Assembly: GCA_944321945.1 (NCBI GenBank)
Contig: CALUNE010000010.1
Span: forward strand, 15,560 to 79,559
DNA: 64,000 bases
Origin: an uncultured Alistipes sp.
GTDB lineage: Bacteria; Bacteroidota; Bacteroidia; Bacteroidales; Rikenellaceae
Direction: 5' to 3'
Part shown: one piece after another, positions 28,307 to 38,554 of the stretch
Layout of the letters: each line of letters starts with the position of its first letter
Numbering within the stretch: position 1 is the first letter of the stretch
Program-made: the position numbers and the translations under genes
Notes under the pieces: generated by a model
Seen by the model: the letters and a program-made list of their open reading frames with translations, nothing else
Databases searched by the model: none
Told to the model about the DNA's origin: nothing

Positions 28307-29893
28307 ATGAAAATAGCCATAGCCCAGTTGAACTACACGATCGGCGATATCGAAGGCAATACCTCGAAAATCATCGATTCCATTAACAAAGCAAAGGCCC
28401 AGCATGCCGATCTGGTCATTTTCGCCGAGCAGGCCGTGAGCGGTACTCCGGCGTTCGACCTCCTTCGGAAAACGACTTTCCTCGAATTGTGCGAAGACGC
28501 CCTGGTGGAGATCGCCTCCTGTTGCGACGGAATCGCCGCCATCGTCGGCCTGCCGATTCTCACCTCCCAGGGTACGATCAGTGCCGCCGCTCTCATCCAG
28601 GATCGCAAGGTCCTCCGCTACGTGGGCAAAAAATACATCTCCGCACGTCGCGAAATGGGATTTCTCGTCCCCTCGAAGGGCTATGAATACGCCACCGTCA
28701 AGGGGCACAAGTTCGCCATCGTCGTGGGCGACGACCTCAGCCGCGAACACGACTTCGACCAGTCGGTCGAGACCATCCTCTCGATCAACGCCCGCCGCTA
28801 TGGCAAGGGTACGATGATCTACCGCTACGAAATGATGCGCAACCTGGCCTTCGTCGAGGGCAAGAATCTCGTCATGGTCAACCAGGTGGGCGGTTCGACC
28901 GAGATCGTCTACGACGGTACCTCCGGCGCCCTGAACAAACGCGGCGAACCCGTGCTGATGATGAAGAACTTCGAGGAGGATTTCCAGATCTTCGATACCA
29001 AGGCCGCCGACAAGATGACGCCCGTGGTGATCCCCTCGACCTACAACGACCGCAACCGGCTGGTCTATGAGGCCGCACGCTGCGGTCTGCGCGACTTCTT
29101 CCACAAGAACAACTACGAAAAGGCCGCCATCGGATTGTCGGGCGGTATCGATTCGGCCGTGGTGGCCTGTCTGGCCGTCGACGCCCTCGGGGCGAAGAAC
29201 GTCCGGGCGCTGCTCATGCCCTCGCAGTTCTCGTCGAACGAATCGGTCGAGGATGCCAAGATGCTGGCCCGCAACCTCGGCATCGAATACAACGTCATCC
29301 CCATCTCGGAGATCTACACCAGCGTGGTCAATACGCTCAAACCCGCCATCGGCGTGACGGAGTTCGACTCCACGGAGGAGAACATCCAGACCCGAATCCG
29401 CACGGTGCTGCTCATGGCCCTGCAGAACAAGACGGGCTACATCCTGCTCAATTCGTCGAACAAGAGCGAAAACGCCCTGGGCCTCTGTACCCTCTACGGC
29501 GATACGGCCGGCGCGTTCAGCCCGACGGGCGACCTCTACAAGAGCGAAATGTACGATGTGGCCCGCTATATCAACCGCCGCTTCAACAACGTCATCCCCG
29601 AAAAGATCCTGACCAAGGAGCCCTCGTCGGAACTCCATCCCGGACAGAAGGACAGCGATATCCTGCCCCCGTACGAGGTGGTCGATGCCATCCTCTTCCG
29701 CATGATCGAGGAGGGGCAGCACCGCGAGGAGATCGTCAATGCCGGATTCGATTCGGCCGTGGTCGAGAAGATCCATTCGATGATCATGCGCAACGAGAAG
29801 AAACGTTTCCAGTTCCCGCCGGTGCTGCGCCTGTCGTCGTGCTCGTTCGGTCACGAACGCCTGATGCCGCTCACGAACAAATACGGAGATTGA
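28307..29893 (+). CDS. nadE: NAD+ synthetase with nitrilase-like N-terminal domain
   Basis: MKIAIAQLN N-terminus; GLSGGIDS, ENIQTRIR, NKSE, PSSEL.PGQKD motifs; promoter TAAATTTG at 28266-28273. Confidence 0.93.
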   Translation: MKIAIAQLNYTIGDIEGNTSKIIDSINKAKAQHADLVIFAEQAVSGTPAFDLLRKTTFLELCEDALVEIASCCDGIAAIVGLPILTSQGTISAAALIQDRKVLRYVGKKYISARREMGFLVPSKGYEYATVKGHKFAIVVGDDLSREHDFDQSVETILSINARRYGKGTMIYRYEMMRNLAFVEGKNLVMVNQVGGSTEIVYDGTSGALNKRGEPVLMMKNFEEDFQIFDTKAADKMTPVVIPSTYNDRNRLVYEAARCGLRDFFHKNNYEKAAIGLSGGIDSAVVACLAVDALGAKNVRALLMPSQFSSNESVEDAKMLARNLGIEYNVIPISEIYTSVVNTLKPAIGVTEFDSTEENIQTRIRTVLLMALQNKTGYILLNSSNKSENALGLCTLYGDTAGAFSPTGDLYKSEMYDVARYINRRFNNVIPEKILTKEPSSELHPGQKDSDILPPYEVVDAILFRMIEEGQHREEIVNAGFDSAVVEKIHSMIMRNEKKRFQFPPVLRLSSCSFGHERLMPLTNKYGD

Positions 29894-29896
29894 GGC

Positions 29897-30319
29897 GTGG
29901 ACAGCGGGATCATCGAACACGAAGGGATCGTGGAGAGCGTCCAAAAGGACGGCGTTCATGTGAAAATCACCTCCCGAAGCGCGTGCGGAGCCTGTCAGGC
30001 CCGGCAAGCGTGCGGCATGGCCGAGGCGCAGGAGAAGATCATCGTCGTCCCGACGTCCGATGCCGCGCAATATCTTCCGGGGGAGAACGTCCTGGTCGGC
30101 GTACGGAAAAAGGCCGGGCGCATCGCTGTTATGCTGGCATATGGCGGTGCGCTTGTCGTTTTGTTGGCGGCGCTCGTCGTGTCGATCGTCGTTCTCGGAG
30201 CCGGCGACGGGGTGGGACTGGTCGCCGCACTGGGCAGCGTGGCGGTCTATTACCTGCTGTTATGGCTCTTCCGCCGCAGAATCGAACACACAATTCAATT
30301 TACAATAACTAAAATCTGA
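29897..30319 (+). CDS. rseC: RseC/MucC family protein
   Basis: EHEGIV, SACGACQARQAC Cys cluster, two TM helices; first gene of the rnf operon. Confidence 0.88.
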   Translation: MDSGIIEHEGIVESVQKDGVHVKITSRSACGACQARQACGMAEAQEKIIVVPTSDAAQYLPGENVLVGVRKKAGRIAVMLAYGGALVVLLAALVVSIVVLGAGDGVGLVAALGSVAVYYLLLWLFRRRIEHTIQFTITKI

Positions 30320-31359
30320 TGGAAGTATTACTTTACACGATCCTGACACTGTGTGTGTTGGGAGTGCTCGCGGCCGTCATCCTCTACTTCGTGGCCCAGA
30401 AGTTCCGCGTCGAGGAGGATCCCCGGATCGACGAGGTGGAGAAAATGCTGCCCGGAGCGAACTGCGGTGGTTGTGGATTCGCCGGATGTCGCGGTATGGC
30501 CGATGCCCTGGTCAAACGCGACGACATCTCCGAACTCTTCTGCCCGGTCGGCGGCAGCGACTGCATGAAGGCCATTGCCGGTTATCTGGGCAAGGCCGCG
30601 GCTGAAAAACAGCCCGAAGTCGCTACGGTACGCTGTGGCGGCACGTGCGAGAAACGCCCCCGCACCAACGAGTACAACGGAGCCCGGTCCTGTGCCGTAG
30701 CTGCGTCACTCTATGTCGGCGAGACGGGTTGTGCGTTCGGCTGTCTGGGTTTCGGCGACTGTGTGGCCGCCTGCGCCTTCGACGCCATCCACATGAACCC
30801 GGCGACGGGTCTGCCCGAGGTCGATCCCGACAAGTGTACGGCGTGCGGAGCCTGTGTGAAGGCCTGCCCGAAGATGGTGATCGAGCTGCGCAAGAAGTGG
30901 CCCAAGAACCGTGCCGTCTACGTGTCGTGCGTCTCGAAGGACAAGGGTGCCGTGGTGATGAAGGCCTGCAAGGCCGGATGTATCGGTTGCGGCAAGTGTG
31001 AGAAGGTTTGCGCGTTCGGGGCCATCACCGTTACGAACAACCTTGCCTACATCGATCCGCAGAAGTGCAAACTCTGCCGCAAGTGCGTGAACGAATGCCC
31101 GACGGGAGCCATCAAGCTCGTGGGCATGGATCCGCTGCCCAAGGAACCCAAGGCTCCGGCCGCTCCGAAGACCGCCCCGGCCGCCGCAAAGGAGGCTGCC
31201 AAGGAGGCGCCGAAGGCTGCTCCGGCCGAAAAGTCCGCCAAGGAGGTTCAGAAGACCGCCCCGGCCGCCGCAAAGGAGGCTCCGAAGGCCGCTCCGGCCG
31301 AAAAGCCCGCCAAGGAGGCTCAGAAGGCTGCTCCGCAAGAGCCCAGTCATGAATCGTAA
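30319..31359 (+). CDS. rnfB: Rnf complex subunit B
   Basis: LPGANCGGCGFAGC and several CxxCxxCxxxCP motifs; repetitive Ala/Lys/Pro tail. Confidence 0.95.
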   Translation: MEVLLYTILTLCVLGVLAAVILYFVAQKFRVEEDPRIDEVEKMLPGANCGGCGFAGCRGMADALVKRDDISELFCPVGGSDCMKAIAGYLGKAAAEKQPEVATVRCGGTCEKRPRTNEYNGARSCAVAASLYVGETGCAFGCLGFGDCVAACAFDAIHMNPATGLPEVDPDKCTACGACVKACPKMVIELRKKWPKNRAVYVSCVSKDKGAVVMKACKAGCIGCGKCEKVCAFGAITVTNNLAYIDPQKCKLCRKCVNECPTGAIKLVGMDPLPKEPKAPAAPKTAPAAAKEAAKEAPKAAPAEKSAKEVQKTAPAAAKEAPKAAPAEKPAKEAQKAAPQEPSHES

Positions 31360-31377
31360 AAAAACGTCAGCAGAGAT

Positions 31378-32727
31378 ATGAAGACATTTCCAATGGGCGG
31401 AGTTCATCCGTCGGAAAACAAATTGAGCAGCGCCAAAGCCATCGAGGTGCTTCCGCTGCCCGAGGTGGTCAACATCCCCCTCGCGCAGCACATCGGAGCT
31501 CCGGCCGTGGCCAAGGTGGCCAAGGGCGACAAGGTCCTTACGGGGCAGCTCATCGCCGAGGCCGGCAGCTTCATGTCGGCAAACATCCACTCCCCGATCT
31601 CGGGAACAGTGACGGCCGTCGATCAGGTGGCCAACGGGCAGGGACTGCGTCAGATGATGATCACCATCAAGCGCGAGGGTGACGAATGGGCCGAGGGCAT
31701 CGACCGTTCGCAGACCCTGGTCAAGGAGTGCAACCTCTCCGCACAGGAGATCATCGCCCGCATCAAGGCCGCCGGTATCGTCGGCATGGGCGGTGCGACG
31801 TTCCCCACGCACGTGAAACTCTCGATTCCGGCCGGCAAGAAGGCCGAATGCGTGATCATCAACGGCGTCGAATGCGAACCCTATCTGACCTCCGACCACC
31901 GCATGATGCTCGAGCACGGCGAGGAGCTGGTCGTGGGCGTCACGATTCTGATGAAGGCCGTGGGGGTCGAAAAGGCCTATATCGGCATCGAGAACAACAA
32001 GCCCGATGCCATCGCCCATCTGCAGAAGATCGTCGCCTCGTATCCGGGCATCGAGGTCGTGCCGCTGAAGGTCCGCTACCCGCAGGGCGGTGAGAAACAG
32101 CTGATCGCCGCCGTGACGGGACGCCAGGTTCCGCCTCCGCCGGCCCTGCCGATCGATGTCGGCGCCGTGGTCTGCAACGCCTCGACGACCTATGCCGTCT
32201 ACCAGGCCGTGCAGAAGGGCATGCCGCTCATCCAGCGCGTGGTGACGATCACCGGCAAGAGCATCAGGGAGCCCAAAAACCTCCTGACGCGTATGGGTAC
32301 GCCCGTCTCGGCACTGATCGCCGCCGCGGGAGGCCTGCCCGAAAACACGGGCAAGGTGATCAACGGCGGCCCGATGATGGGTCGTGCGATGGTCAACCTC
32401 GAATCGCCCGTCACGAAGGGTTGCTCGGGTATCACCGTGCTGTCGGAACACGACGCCCGCCGGCATGTGGCCTCGCAGTGCATCAAGTGCGCCAAGTGTG
32501 TGGCCGCCTGCCCGATGGGTCTGGAGCCCTACTACCTCTCGAAGATGACCCAGAAGAAGAACTGGGACGAGGTCGAGGCCCGCATGATCACCTCGTGCAT
32601 CGAGTGCGGCTGCTGCCAGTCGACCTGCCCGGCCTATCTGCCGCTGCTCGACTGGGTACGCCTCGGCAAACAGACCGTCATGGGCCGCATCCGCGCCCGT
32701 GCCGCAGCCGCCGCTCCCAAAAAATAG
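31378..32727 (+). CDS. rnfC: Rnf complex subunit C
   Basis: QHIGAP, GMGGATFPTHVK, ECEPYLTSD, YPQGGEKQL and two 4Fe-4S motifs. Confidence 0.96.
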   Translation: MKTFPMGGVHPSENKLSSAKAIEVLPLPEVVNIPLAQHIGAPAVAKVAKGDKVLTGQLIAEAGSFMSANIHSPISGTVTAVDQVANGQGLRQMMITIKREGDEWAEGIDRSQTLVKECNLSAQEIIARIKAAGIVGMGGATFPTHVKLSIPAGKKAECVIINGVECEPYLTSDHRMMLEHGEELVVGVTILMKAVGVEKAYIGIENNKPDAIAHLQKIVASYPGIEVVPLKVRYPQGGEKQLIAAVTGRQVPPPPALPIDVGAVVCNASTTYAVYQAVQKGMPLIQRVVTITGKSIREPKNLLTRMGTPVSALIAAAGGLPENTGKVINGGPMMGRAMVNLESPVTKGCSGITVLSEHDARRHVASQCIKCAKCVAACPMGLEPYYLSKMTQKKNWDEVEARMITSCIECGCCQSTCPAYLPLLDWVRLGKQTVMGRIRARAAAAAPKK

Positions 32728-32772
32728 ACCGCGGTCCGTAGAATCGAAAATTAAAAACTTACGATAACCCTT

Positions 32773-33744
32773 ATGGCAAACAAACTTATTGTCGCTCCCG
32801 CACCGCACGTCCAGACTTCGCAGTCGACGGCCCGCATCATGCGCGACGTGGTGATCGCCCTGATGCCCGCGCTGGTGGTCTCGACCATCGTCTTCGGGGT
32901 CGACGTGCTTCGGGTGACGGCCCTCTCGGTCGCTGCCTGCGTGGTGTTCGAATTTCTGATCCAGAAATACGTGGTCCGCGGTCCGCTGACCATCTCCAAC
33001 TGGTCGGCCGTCGTTACGGGCGTACTGCTGGCCTTCAACCTCCCGGCGTCGATTCCGTGGTGGATCGTCCTTATAGGCGCCTTCGTCGCCATCGCCATCG
33101 CCAAGATGACCTTCGGCGGCCTGGGCAAGAACCCCTTCAACCCGGCACTGGTGGGCCGTGTCTTCCTGCTGATCGCCTATCCCGTGCAGATGACCACGTG
33201 GCCCATGCCGGTCAACGGCGGCGCGTTCGACGCCCTGTCGGGGGCCACGCCGCTGGCTGCCGTCAAACACGGCCTGGCCAGCCCCGACGCCCTCGGCGTG
33301 CAGGATCTGCTGCTGGGCAACATGCCCGGATCGATGGGTGAGGTGGCCGCACTGGCACTGCTCGTCGGATTCGTCTACCTGCTCTGGCGCCGCGTCATCA
33401 CGTGGCACATTCCGGTGACGATTCTCGTGACGATGGCCCTGTTCGCCTTCGTGGTGGCTTTGTGCAAGGGTGAGTCCGGTGCCCTGCTGTGGCAGCTGCC
33501 GCTGTTCCACGTGCTGGCCGGCGGTGCCATCCTCGGTTCGGTCTTCATGGCAACCGACTACTCGACCTCGCCGATGACGGTCAAGGGCGGCGTGATCTTC
33601 GCCGTCGGTATCGGCGTCATCACGATGCTCATCCGTCTGTGGGGCGCCTATCCCGAGGGCATGTCGTTCGCCATCCTCTTGATGAACGCCTGCGTGCCCC
33701 TGATCAACAAGTATGTCAAACCCAAACGCTTCGGCGTAAAATAA
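32773..33744 (+). CDS. rnfD: Rnf complex subunit D
   Basis: FGGLGKNPFNPAL, SGATPL flavinylation site, FMATDY.TSP, YPEG. Confidence 0.96.
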   Translation: MANKLIVAPAPHVQTSQSTARIMRDVVIALMPALVVSTIVFGVDVLRVTALSVAACVVFEFLIQKYVVRGPLTISNWSAVVTGVLLAFNLPASIPWWIVLIGAFVAIAIAKMTFGGLGKNPFNPALVGRVFLLIAYPVQMTTWPMPVNGGAFDALSGATPLAAVKHGLASPDALGVQDLLLGNMPGSMGEVAALALLVGFVYLLWRRVITWHIPVTILVTMALFAFVVALCKGESGALLWQLPLFHVLAGGAILGSVFMATDYSTSPMTVKGGVIFAVGIGVITMLIRLWGAYPEGMSFAILLMNACVPLINKYVKPKRFGVK

Positions 33745-33757
33745 GGAGGAAGGATCC

Positions 33758-34423
33758 ATGAAAAGTACACTTGTCAACATGACTGCGGTCCTCTTCGTCA
33801 TTACGCTCGTGGCTTCGGCCTGCGTCGGCGTGGTGAACATGATCACCGAGGAGCCGATCGCCCTGGCCAAGGAGGCTGCCACGAAGGCCGCCCTGACGGA
33901 GGTGCTCCCGGCATTCGATACGACCGAGGAGCAGACCCTGACGATCGATGAACTGCCCATTACGGTCTATACCGCCACGAAGGAGGGCTCCGTAACCGGC
34001 TATGCCGTGCAGACGATGACCAAACAGGGCTTCAACGGCGTGGTCCGGCTGATGGTCGGCTTCAAGCCCGACGGCGAGGTGGTCAACGTCAACGTCCTTG
34101 AACAGTCCGAGACCCCGGGTCTGGGCACCAAGATGGCCGATGAAGGCAACCCGCTGCTGGGGAGCATTCAGGGCCAGAAACTCGAAAACAAGAAACTCGT
34201 CGACGGCAAACTCGCCGTGACGAAGGATGGCGGCGACGTCGATGCACTGACCGCCGCCACCATCTCGTCGCGGGCCTATGTCGATGCGGTGAACCGCGCC
34301 TGGATGGCCTACAAGAGCGTAGCTACGGGCGTCGAACCGACGGATACCGCTTCGGGTGCCTCGAACCCCGCAGCCGTAGAAACCAATGAGCCCGAGGCTC
34401 AGGAAGGAGGTCAAAATGAATAA
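33758..34423 (+). CDS. rnfG: Rnf complex subunit G
   Basis: ETPGLG, DGGDVDALTAATISS FMN-binding motif. Confidence 0.95.
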   Translation: MKSTLVNMTAVLFVITLVASACVGVVNMITEEPIALAKEAATKAALTEVLPAFDTTEEQTLTIDELPITVYTATKEGSVTGYAVQTMTKQGFNGVVRLMVGFKPDGEVVNVNVLEQSETPGLGTKMADEGNPLLGSIQGQKLENKKLVDGKLAVTKDGGDVDALTAATISSRAYVDAVNRAWMAYKSVATGVEPTDTASGASNPAAVETNEPEAQEGGQNE

Positions 34424-35000
34424 ACTGAAAATCGCCCTGAGCGGCATCATCAAGAACAACCCGACGTTCGTGCTGGTGCTGGGCATGTGCCCCACGCTGG
34501 GCACCACGACGTCGGCCGAAAACGGCATGGGCATGGGCCTGGCCACGACCGCCGTGCTGATCATGTCGAACCTCGTCATCTCGCTCATCAAGAACCTTAT
34601 CCCGGACAAGGTGCGCATCCCGGCGTTCATCGTCGTGATCGCCTCGTTCGTGACGGTGATCCAGATGCTGATGCAGGCCTTCGTGCCGGCACTCTACGCC
34701 TCGCTGGGCGTCTTCATCCCGCTGATCGTCGTCAACTGCATCATCCTGGGCCGCGCCGAGGCCTTCGCCTCGAAGAACTCGCCGCTGGATTCGATGCTCG
34801 ACGGTGTGGGGATTGGCCTGGGCTTCACGCTCTCGCTGACGGTCATCGGATCCGTGCGCGAGATCCTCGGCAGCGGTGCCATCTTCGGCATCAACCTCGG
34901 ATTCTCCGACTACACGCCGCTGATCTTCGTCCTGGCCCCGGGCGCCTTCCTCGTGCTGGGATATCTGATGGTTCTGTTTAACAAATTAGCCAAGAAGTAG
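34416..35000 (+). CDS. rnfE: Rnf complex subunit E
   Basis: [39 protein letters not shown]; ATG at 34416. Confidence 0.95.
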   Translation: MNKLKIALSGIIKNNPTFVLVLGMCPTLGTTTSAENGMGMGLATTAVLIMSNLVISLIKNLIPDKVRIPAFIVVIASFVTVIQMLMQAFVPALYASLGVFIPLIVVNCIILGRAEAFASKNSPLDSMLDGVGIGLGFTLSLTVIGSVREILGSGAIFGINLGFSDYTPLIFVLAPGAFLVLGYLMVLFNKLAKK

Positions 35001-35002
35001 TC

Positions 35003-35581
35003 ATGGAGATCTCCTATTTCGCAATCATCATCGGCGCCATCTTCGTCAACAACGTCGTACTGGCGCAGTTCCTCGGCATCTGCCCCTTCCTGGGCGTCTC
35101 GTCGAAGGTCGAAACCTCGATGGGCATGGGTGCCGCCGTGACGTTCGTCATGGCCCTTACGGCGCTGGTGGCATGGCCCATTCAGACTTACATCCTCGTG
35201 CCGCTGCACATCGAGTACATGCAGACGATCGTCTTCATTCTGGTCATCGCAGCCCTGGTGCAGATGGTCGAGATCATCCTCAAGAAGGTTTCGCCCTCGC
35301 TCTATCAGGCACTGGGTATCTTCCTGCCGCTGATCACCACGAACTGCGCCGTGCTGGGCGTGGCCATTCTCATGATCCAGAAAGAGTTCAACCTGCTGCA
35401 GAGCGTCGCCTATTCGGTCTCGACGGCCCTGGGCTTCGCGCTGGCGCTGATTCTGTTCGCCGGCATCCGCGAGCGCCTCGATTTCGAGGATGTTCCGAAG
35501 GCCTTCAAGGGAATTCCGATCGCGCTGATCACAGCCGGTATTCTGGCCATGGCCTTCATGGGATTCTCCGGTCTGGTATAG
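35003..35581 (+). CDS. rnfA: Rnf complex subunit A
   Basis: [36 protein letters not shown]. Confidence 0.96.
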   Translation: MEISYFAIIIGAIFVNNVVLAQFLGICPFLGVSSKVETSMGMGAAVTFVMALTALVAWPIQTYILVPLHIEYMQTIVFILVIAALVQMVEIILKKVSPSLYQALGIFLPLITTNCAVLGVAILMIQKEFNLLQSVAYSVSTALGFALALILFAGIRERLDFEDVPKAFKGIPIALITAGILAMAFMGFSGLV

Positions 35582-35772
35582 TCGTCCGGCGGGGTCGCGG
35601 AGCCGCGGCCCGGCAGCCGTTCTGCAAACGGTCCGAACGCCCTTCTGCGCAATGCAGGAGCGTTCGGACCGTTTCTTTGTAAAAAAATGGAACGATTCTT
35701 CGTTTCTTGACGGCAATTCGCTATTTTTGCACTATTGTAAACACAACCATCCCCAAAAATTCCCGAACTGCA

Positions 35773-36315
35773 ATGGAGGATATCATAAAACTTCACGACA
35801 AGAAGTTCAAGATCATGATCCCCGCGGCCAAAATCGACCAGGCGGTCGAAGCCGTCGCCCGGCGGATCAATCACGATTATGCCGACAAGGAGACCCCCCT
35901 GTTTCTGGGCATTCTCAACGGTTCGTTCATGTTCATGAGCGATCTGATCAAGAAGATCGAGTTCCAGAACGAGCTGTCGTTCGTCAAGCTCGCCTCCTAC
36001 GAGGGTACCGAATCCACGGGTCAGGTCCGCAACCTGATCGGCCTGACGACGCCCATCGAGGGACGTCACGTGATCATCGTCGAGGACATCGTCGATACGG
36101 GCGAATCGATCGACCACATGATCCGCGATCTGGAGGCGCGCAAACCCGCCTCGATCGAGGTCTGCACGCTCTTCTTCAAGCCCGCCTCCTACCGCAAGAC
36201 GCGCCCGATCAAGTACCGCGCCATGGAGATCGGCAATGAATTCATCGTCGGATACGGCTTGGACTACAATCAGTTGGGCCGCAGTCTGAAGGATATTTAC
36301 GTGGTGACAGAGTAA
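35773..36315 (+). CDS. hpt: Hypoxanthine phosphoribosyltransferase
   Basis: ILNGSFMF, IIVEDIVDTG PRPP motif, FIVGYGLDY; ATG at 35773. Confidence 0.95.
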   Translation: MEDIIKLHDKKFKIMIPAAKIDQAVEAVARRINHDYADKETPLFLGILNGSFMFMSDLIKKIEFQNELSFVKLASYEGTESTGQVRNLIGLTTPIEGRHVIIVEDIVDTGESIDHMIRDLEARKPASIEVCTLFFKPASYRKTRPIKYRAMEIGNEFIVGYGLDYNQLGRSLKDIYVVTE

Positions 36316-36950
36316 TGGCCCTGACGATTGATCCCGCGATGTTCGACGGGGGACGGCTGCTGCCCCTGGTCGAGGATTTCTATACCATTCAGGGCGAGGG
36401 CTACCACGCCGGCAAGCCGGCCTATTTCATCCGGCTGGGCGGTTGCGACGTGGGGTGCCGCTGGTGTGACGCCAAGTATACGTGGAATCCGAAGCTCTAT
36501 CCGCCCACCGATGTGCGGACGGTCATCGAACGGGCCACGTCCTGTCCGGCGCAGGCCATCGTCATTACGGGCGGCGAACCGTTGCTCTATCCGCTGGGGT
36601 TGCTGACCGACGAACTGCGCGCCCGGGGGCTGGAGATCTTCCTCGAGACCTCGGGGTCACACCCCTTCAGCGGGGTGTTCGACTGGGTGTGCCTCTCGCC
36701 CAAGCGGCAGCAGCCGCCTCTGGACGAGGCCTACGGCCGGGCCGACGAGCTGAAGGTGATCATCGAATCGGAGGCCGACCTGGCGTGGGCCGAGCAGAAT
36801 GCCGCCCGGGTGCGACGCCGCTGCCGACTCTATCTGCAGCCTGAGTGGAGCCGCTCGGAAGAGGTGATGCCGCTGCTGGTCGAGTATGCCAAGGCACATC
36901 CCCGCTGGAACATCTCCATCCAGACGCACAAATACATGCATATTCCGTAG
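36315..36950 (+). CDS. queE: 7-carboxy-7-deazaguanine synthase QueE (radical SAM)
   Basis: FYTIQGEG, RLGGCDVGCRWCD, TGGEP, SPK and QTHK motifs. Confidence 0.93.
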   Translation: MALTIDPAMFDGGRLLPLVEDFYTIQGEGYHAGKPAYFIRLGGCDVGCRWCDAKYTWNPKLYPPTDVRTVIERATSCPAQAIVITGGEPLLYPLGLLTDELRARGLEIFLETSGSHPFSGVFDWVCLSPKRQQPPLDEAYGRADELKVIIESEADLAWAEQNAARVRRRCRLYLQPEWSRSEEVMPLLVEYAKAHPRWNISIQTHKYMHIP

Positions 36951-36955
36951 GGCCG

Positions 36956-37231
36956 ATGAAGATTCAACTCGGGCGCCGTTTCTGGATCGTCTTGACGGCG
37001 ATCATCGTCGTGTTCTCGGTCTTCGTGATCGGGCGCAATGCCCTCCATGCCGTGAAGATCAAGCGGCAGATCAATGCTCTGGAGCGTCAGCACGAGTTCT
37101 ATGTCGGGAAGATTGCGCAGGACAGCACGCTGCTCGAACGGCTGCGTTACGACGACTACCTCGAGGAGTATGCCCGCGAACATTACCACATGCAGCGGCG
37201 CAACGAGGATGTCTACATTCTCGAAGAGTAA
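36956..37231 (+). CDS. Septum formation initiator (FtsB/DivIC family)
   Basis: One TM helix, coiled coil, LEEYARE.YHM....EDVY. Confidence 0.85.
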   Translation: MKIQLGRRFWIVLTAIIVVFSVFVIGRNALHAVKIKRQINALERQHEFYVGKIAQDSTLLERLRYDDYLEEYAREHYHMQRRNEDVYILEE

Positions 37232-37252
37232 CACCCCGCATGCTTGAAATAA

Positions 37253-37295
37253 GACCGGACCCCTTTCCTGACGGAGAGGGGTCCGGTCGTCTTTT
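37253..37295 (+). terminator. Intrinsic terminator
   Basis: GACCGGACCCCTTTCC-TGAC-GGAGAGGGGTCCGGTC-GTCTTTT. Confidence 0.82.
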
Positions 37296-37502
37296 GGAGC
37301 GGTTTCCAACCACGGGACTTGCCCGGGCAGGGGCGGTGCGGATGGAATGCGGGCTTGTCGAAACCGGTTGTTTGCCGGTTCCGGAGGCTGGTTCCGGAGA
37401 CTGTTTTCGGAGGCATCCGGCGGATCGGAGCCGATCGAAGGGATGGCTTTGAGCCTGCTTCGGGCGCTCCGCGGGGGGGCATCACGCGCGAGACGGGGAA
37501 CG

Positions 37503-38441
37503 TCAATAGTGGGTGAACCCGTGCCAGTCGAGTGCCTCGGGCTGCCCGTTGCGGAGCCAGGTGAGGCCGTTGCCGGTCGTGATGCGGCCGATGGGGTAGA
37601 GCGGCGTGCCGAATCGGGCGTGGAACGCTGCGGCCAGGCGGTCGGCCGCTTCGGACGCGGCCGTCAGCAGCAGTTTGTAGTCCTCACCGCCGCAGGCCGC
37701 CGTCTGCAGATCCGATCCCCTGGCCACCGGGATGCTCTCGAGATCGATCTCGGCCCCCGCGTGCGAAAGGTCGAGGATATGGCACAGATCGGAGGCCAGT
37801 CCGTCCGAGAGATCCATCATGGCGTGCACCTCCTGTCGGGCGCCGAGCCAGATCCCCTCGTCGACCTGCGGAGCGGGGTTGCGGTGAGCGTCGGCCAGCG
37901 GCGTATGAAGCCTCCCGGCGAGGATCTCCCGAAGCCCGGCCCCCGAGGCGCCCAGTTCGCCCGCCACGAAGATCCGGTCACCCGGACGTGCATCGCGCCG
38001 GCGTTTGAGGTGGTCGATCGGGGCGCGGCCTATGGCCGTGACGTTGATCGTGATGCCCGTCTCGGAGCGGGTCGTGTCGCCTCCGACGAGCGGCGTGGCG
38101 AAGCGTGCCGAGAGTTCGCGGTAGCCCTCCATGAACTCCAGCGCCCACTGCTGGGAGGCATCCTTCGGCAGGGCGATCGAGAGCAGCGTCGCTGCGGGGC
38201 GCGCCCCCATCGCGGCAACGTCGCTCAGATTGACGGCCAGCGACTTGCGGCCCAGTTCACGGGCCGATGTGGCATGGCGCAGGAAGTGAACCCCCTCGGT
38301 CAGCAGGTCTGAGGTGAAGACCAGTGCCTCGTCCCCGTCGACGGGCAGCACGGCGCAATCGTCGCCGATGCCCTCGAATCCCTGGTCGGGAAGCGTGGCG
38401 AAAAGTCGGCGTATCTGTTCGATGAATCCGAATTCGGTCAT
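37503..38441 (-). CDS. thiL: Thiamine-monophosphate kinase
   Basis: EFGFIE, GIGDDCA, VNLSDVAAMG, GGDT, DLSDGL, GGEDY and GFTHY motifs; promoter TATCTTTG (minus) at 38463-38470. Confidence 0.95.
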   Translation of the reverse strand: MTEFGFIEQIRRLFATLPDQGFEGIGDDCAVLPVDGDEALVFTSDLLTEGVHFLRHATSARELGRKSLAVNLSDVAAMGARPAATLLSIALPKDASQQWALEFMEGYRELSARFATPLVGGDTTRSETGITINVTAIGRAPIDHLKRRRDARPGDRIFVAGELGASGAGLREILAGRLHTPLADAHRNPAPQVDEGIWLGARQEVHAMMDLSDGLASDLCHILDLSHAGAEIDLESIPVARGSDLQTAACGGEDYKLLLTAASEAADRLAAAFHARFGTPLYPIGRITTGNGLTWLRNGQPEALDWHGFTHY

Positions 38442-38554
38442 GTTTTTGTGGTGGCAATCGGGCAAAGATACCGATTTTTCGGCGAAAATAACTACCTTTG
38501 TTACCGAATTGCCCGTCATACGGCGAGGCGTTCGGATTTTTAACCCTACGACAC

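Noticed and set aside
36315-36950. queE as part of a DNA 7-deazaguanine modification (dpd) system or a RiPP maturase
   Set aside because: It lies in an hpt-queE-ftsB housekeeping context with no dpdA-like gene or precursor peptide nearby.
38442-38554. TPP riboswitch at thiL (and preQ1 riboswitch at queE)
   Set aside because: No consensus seen. The thiL leader is very short, and queE overlaps the hpt stop codon.
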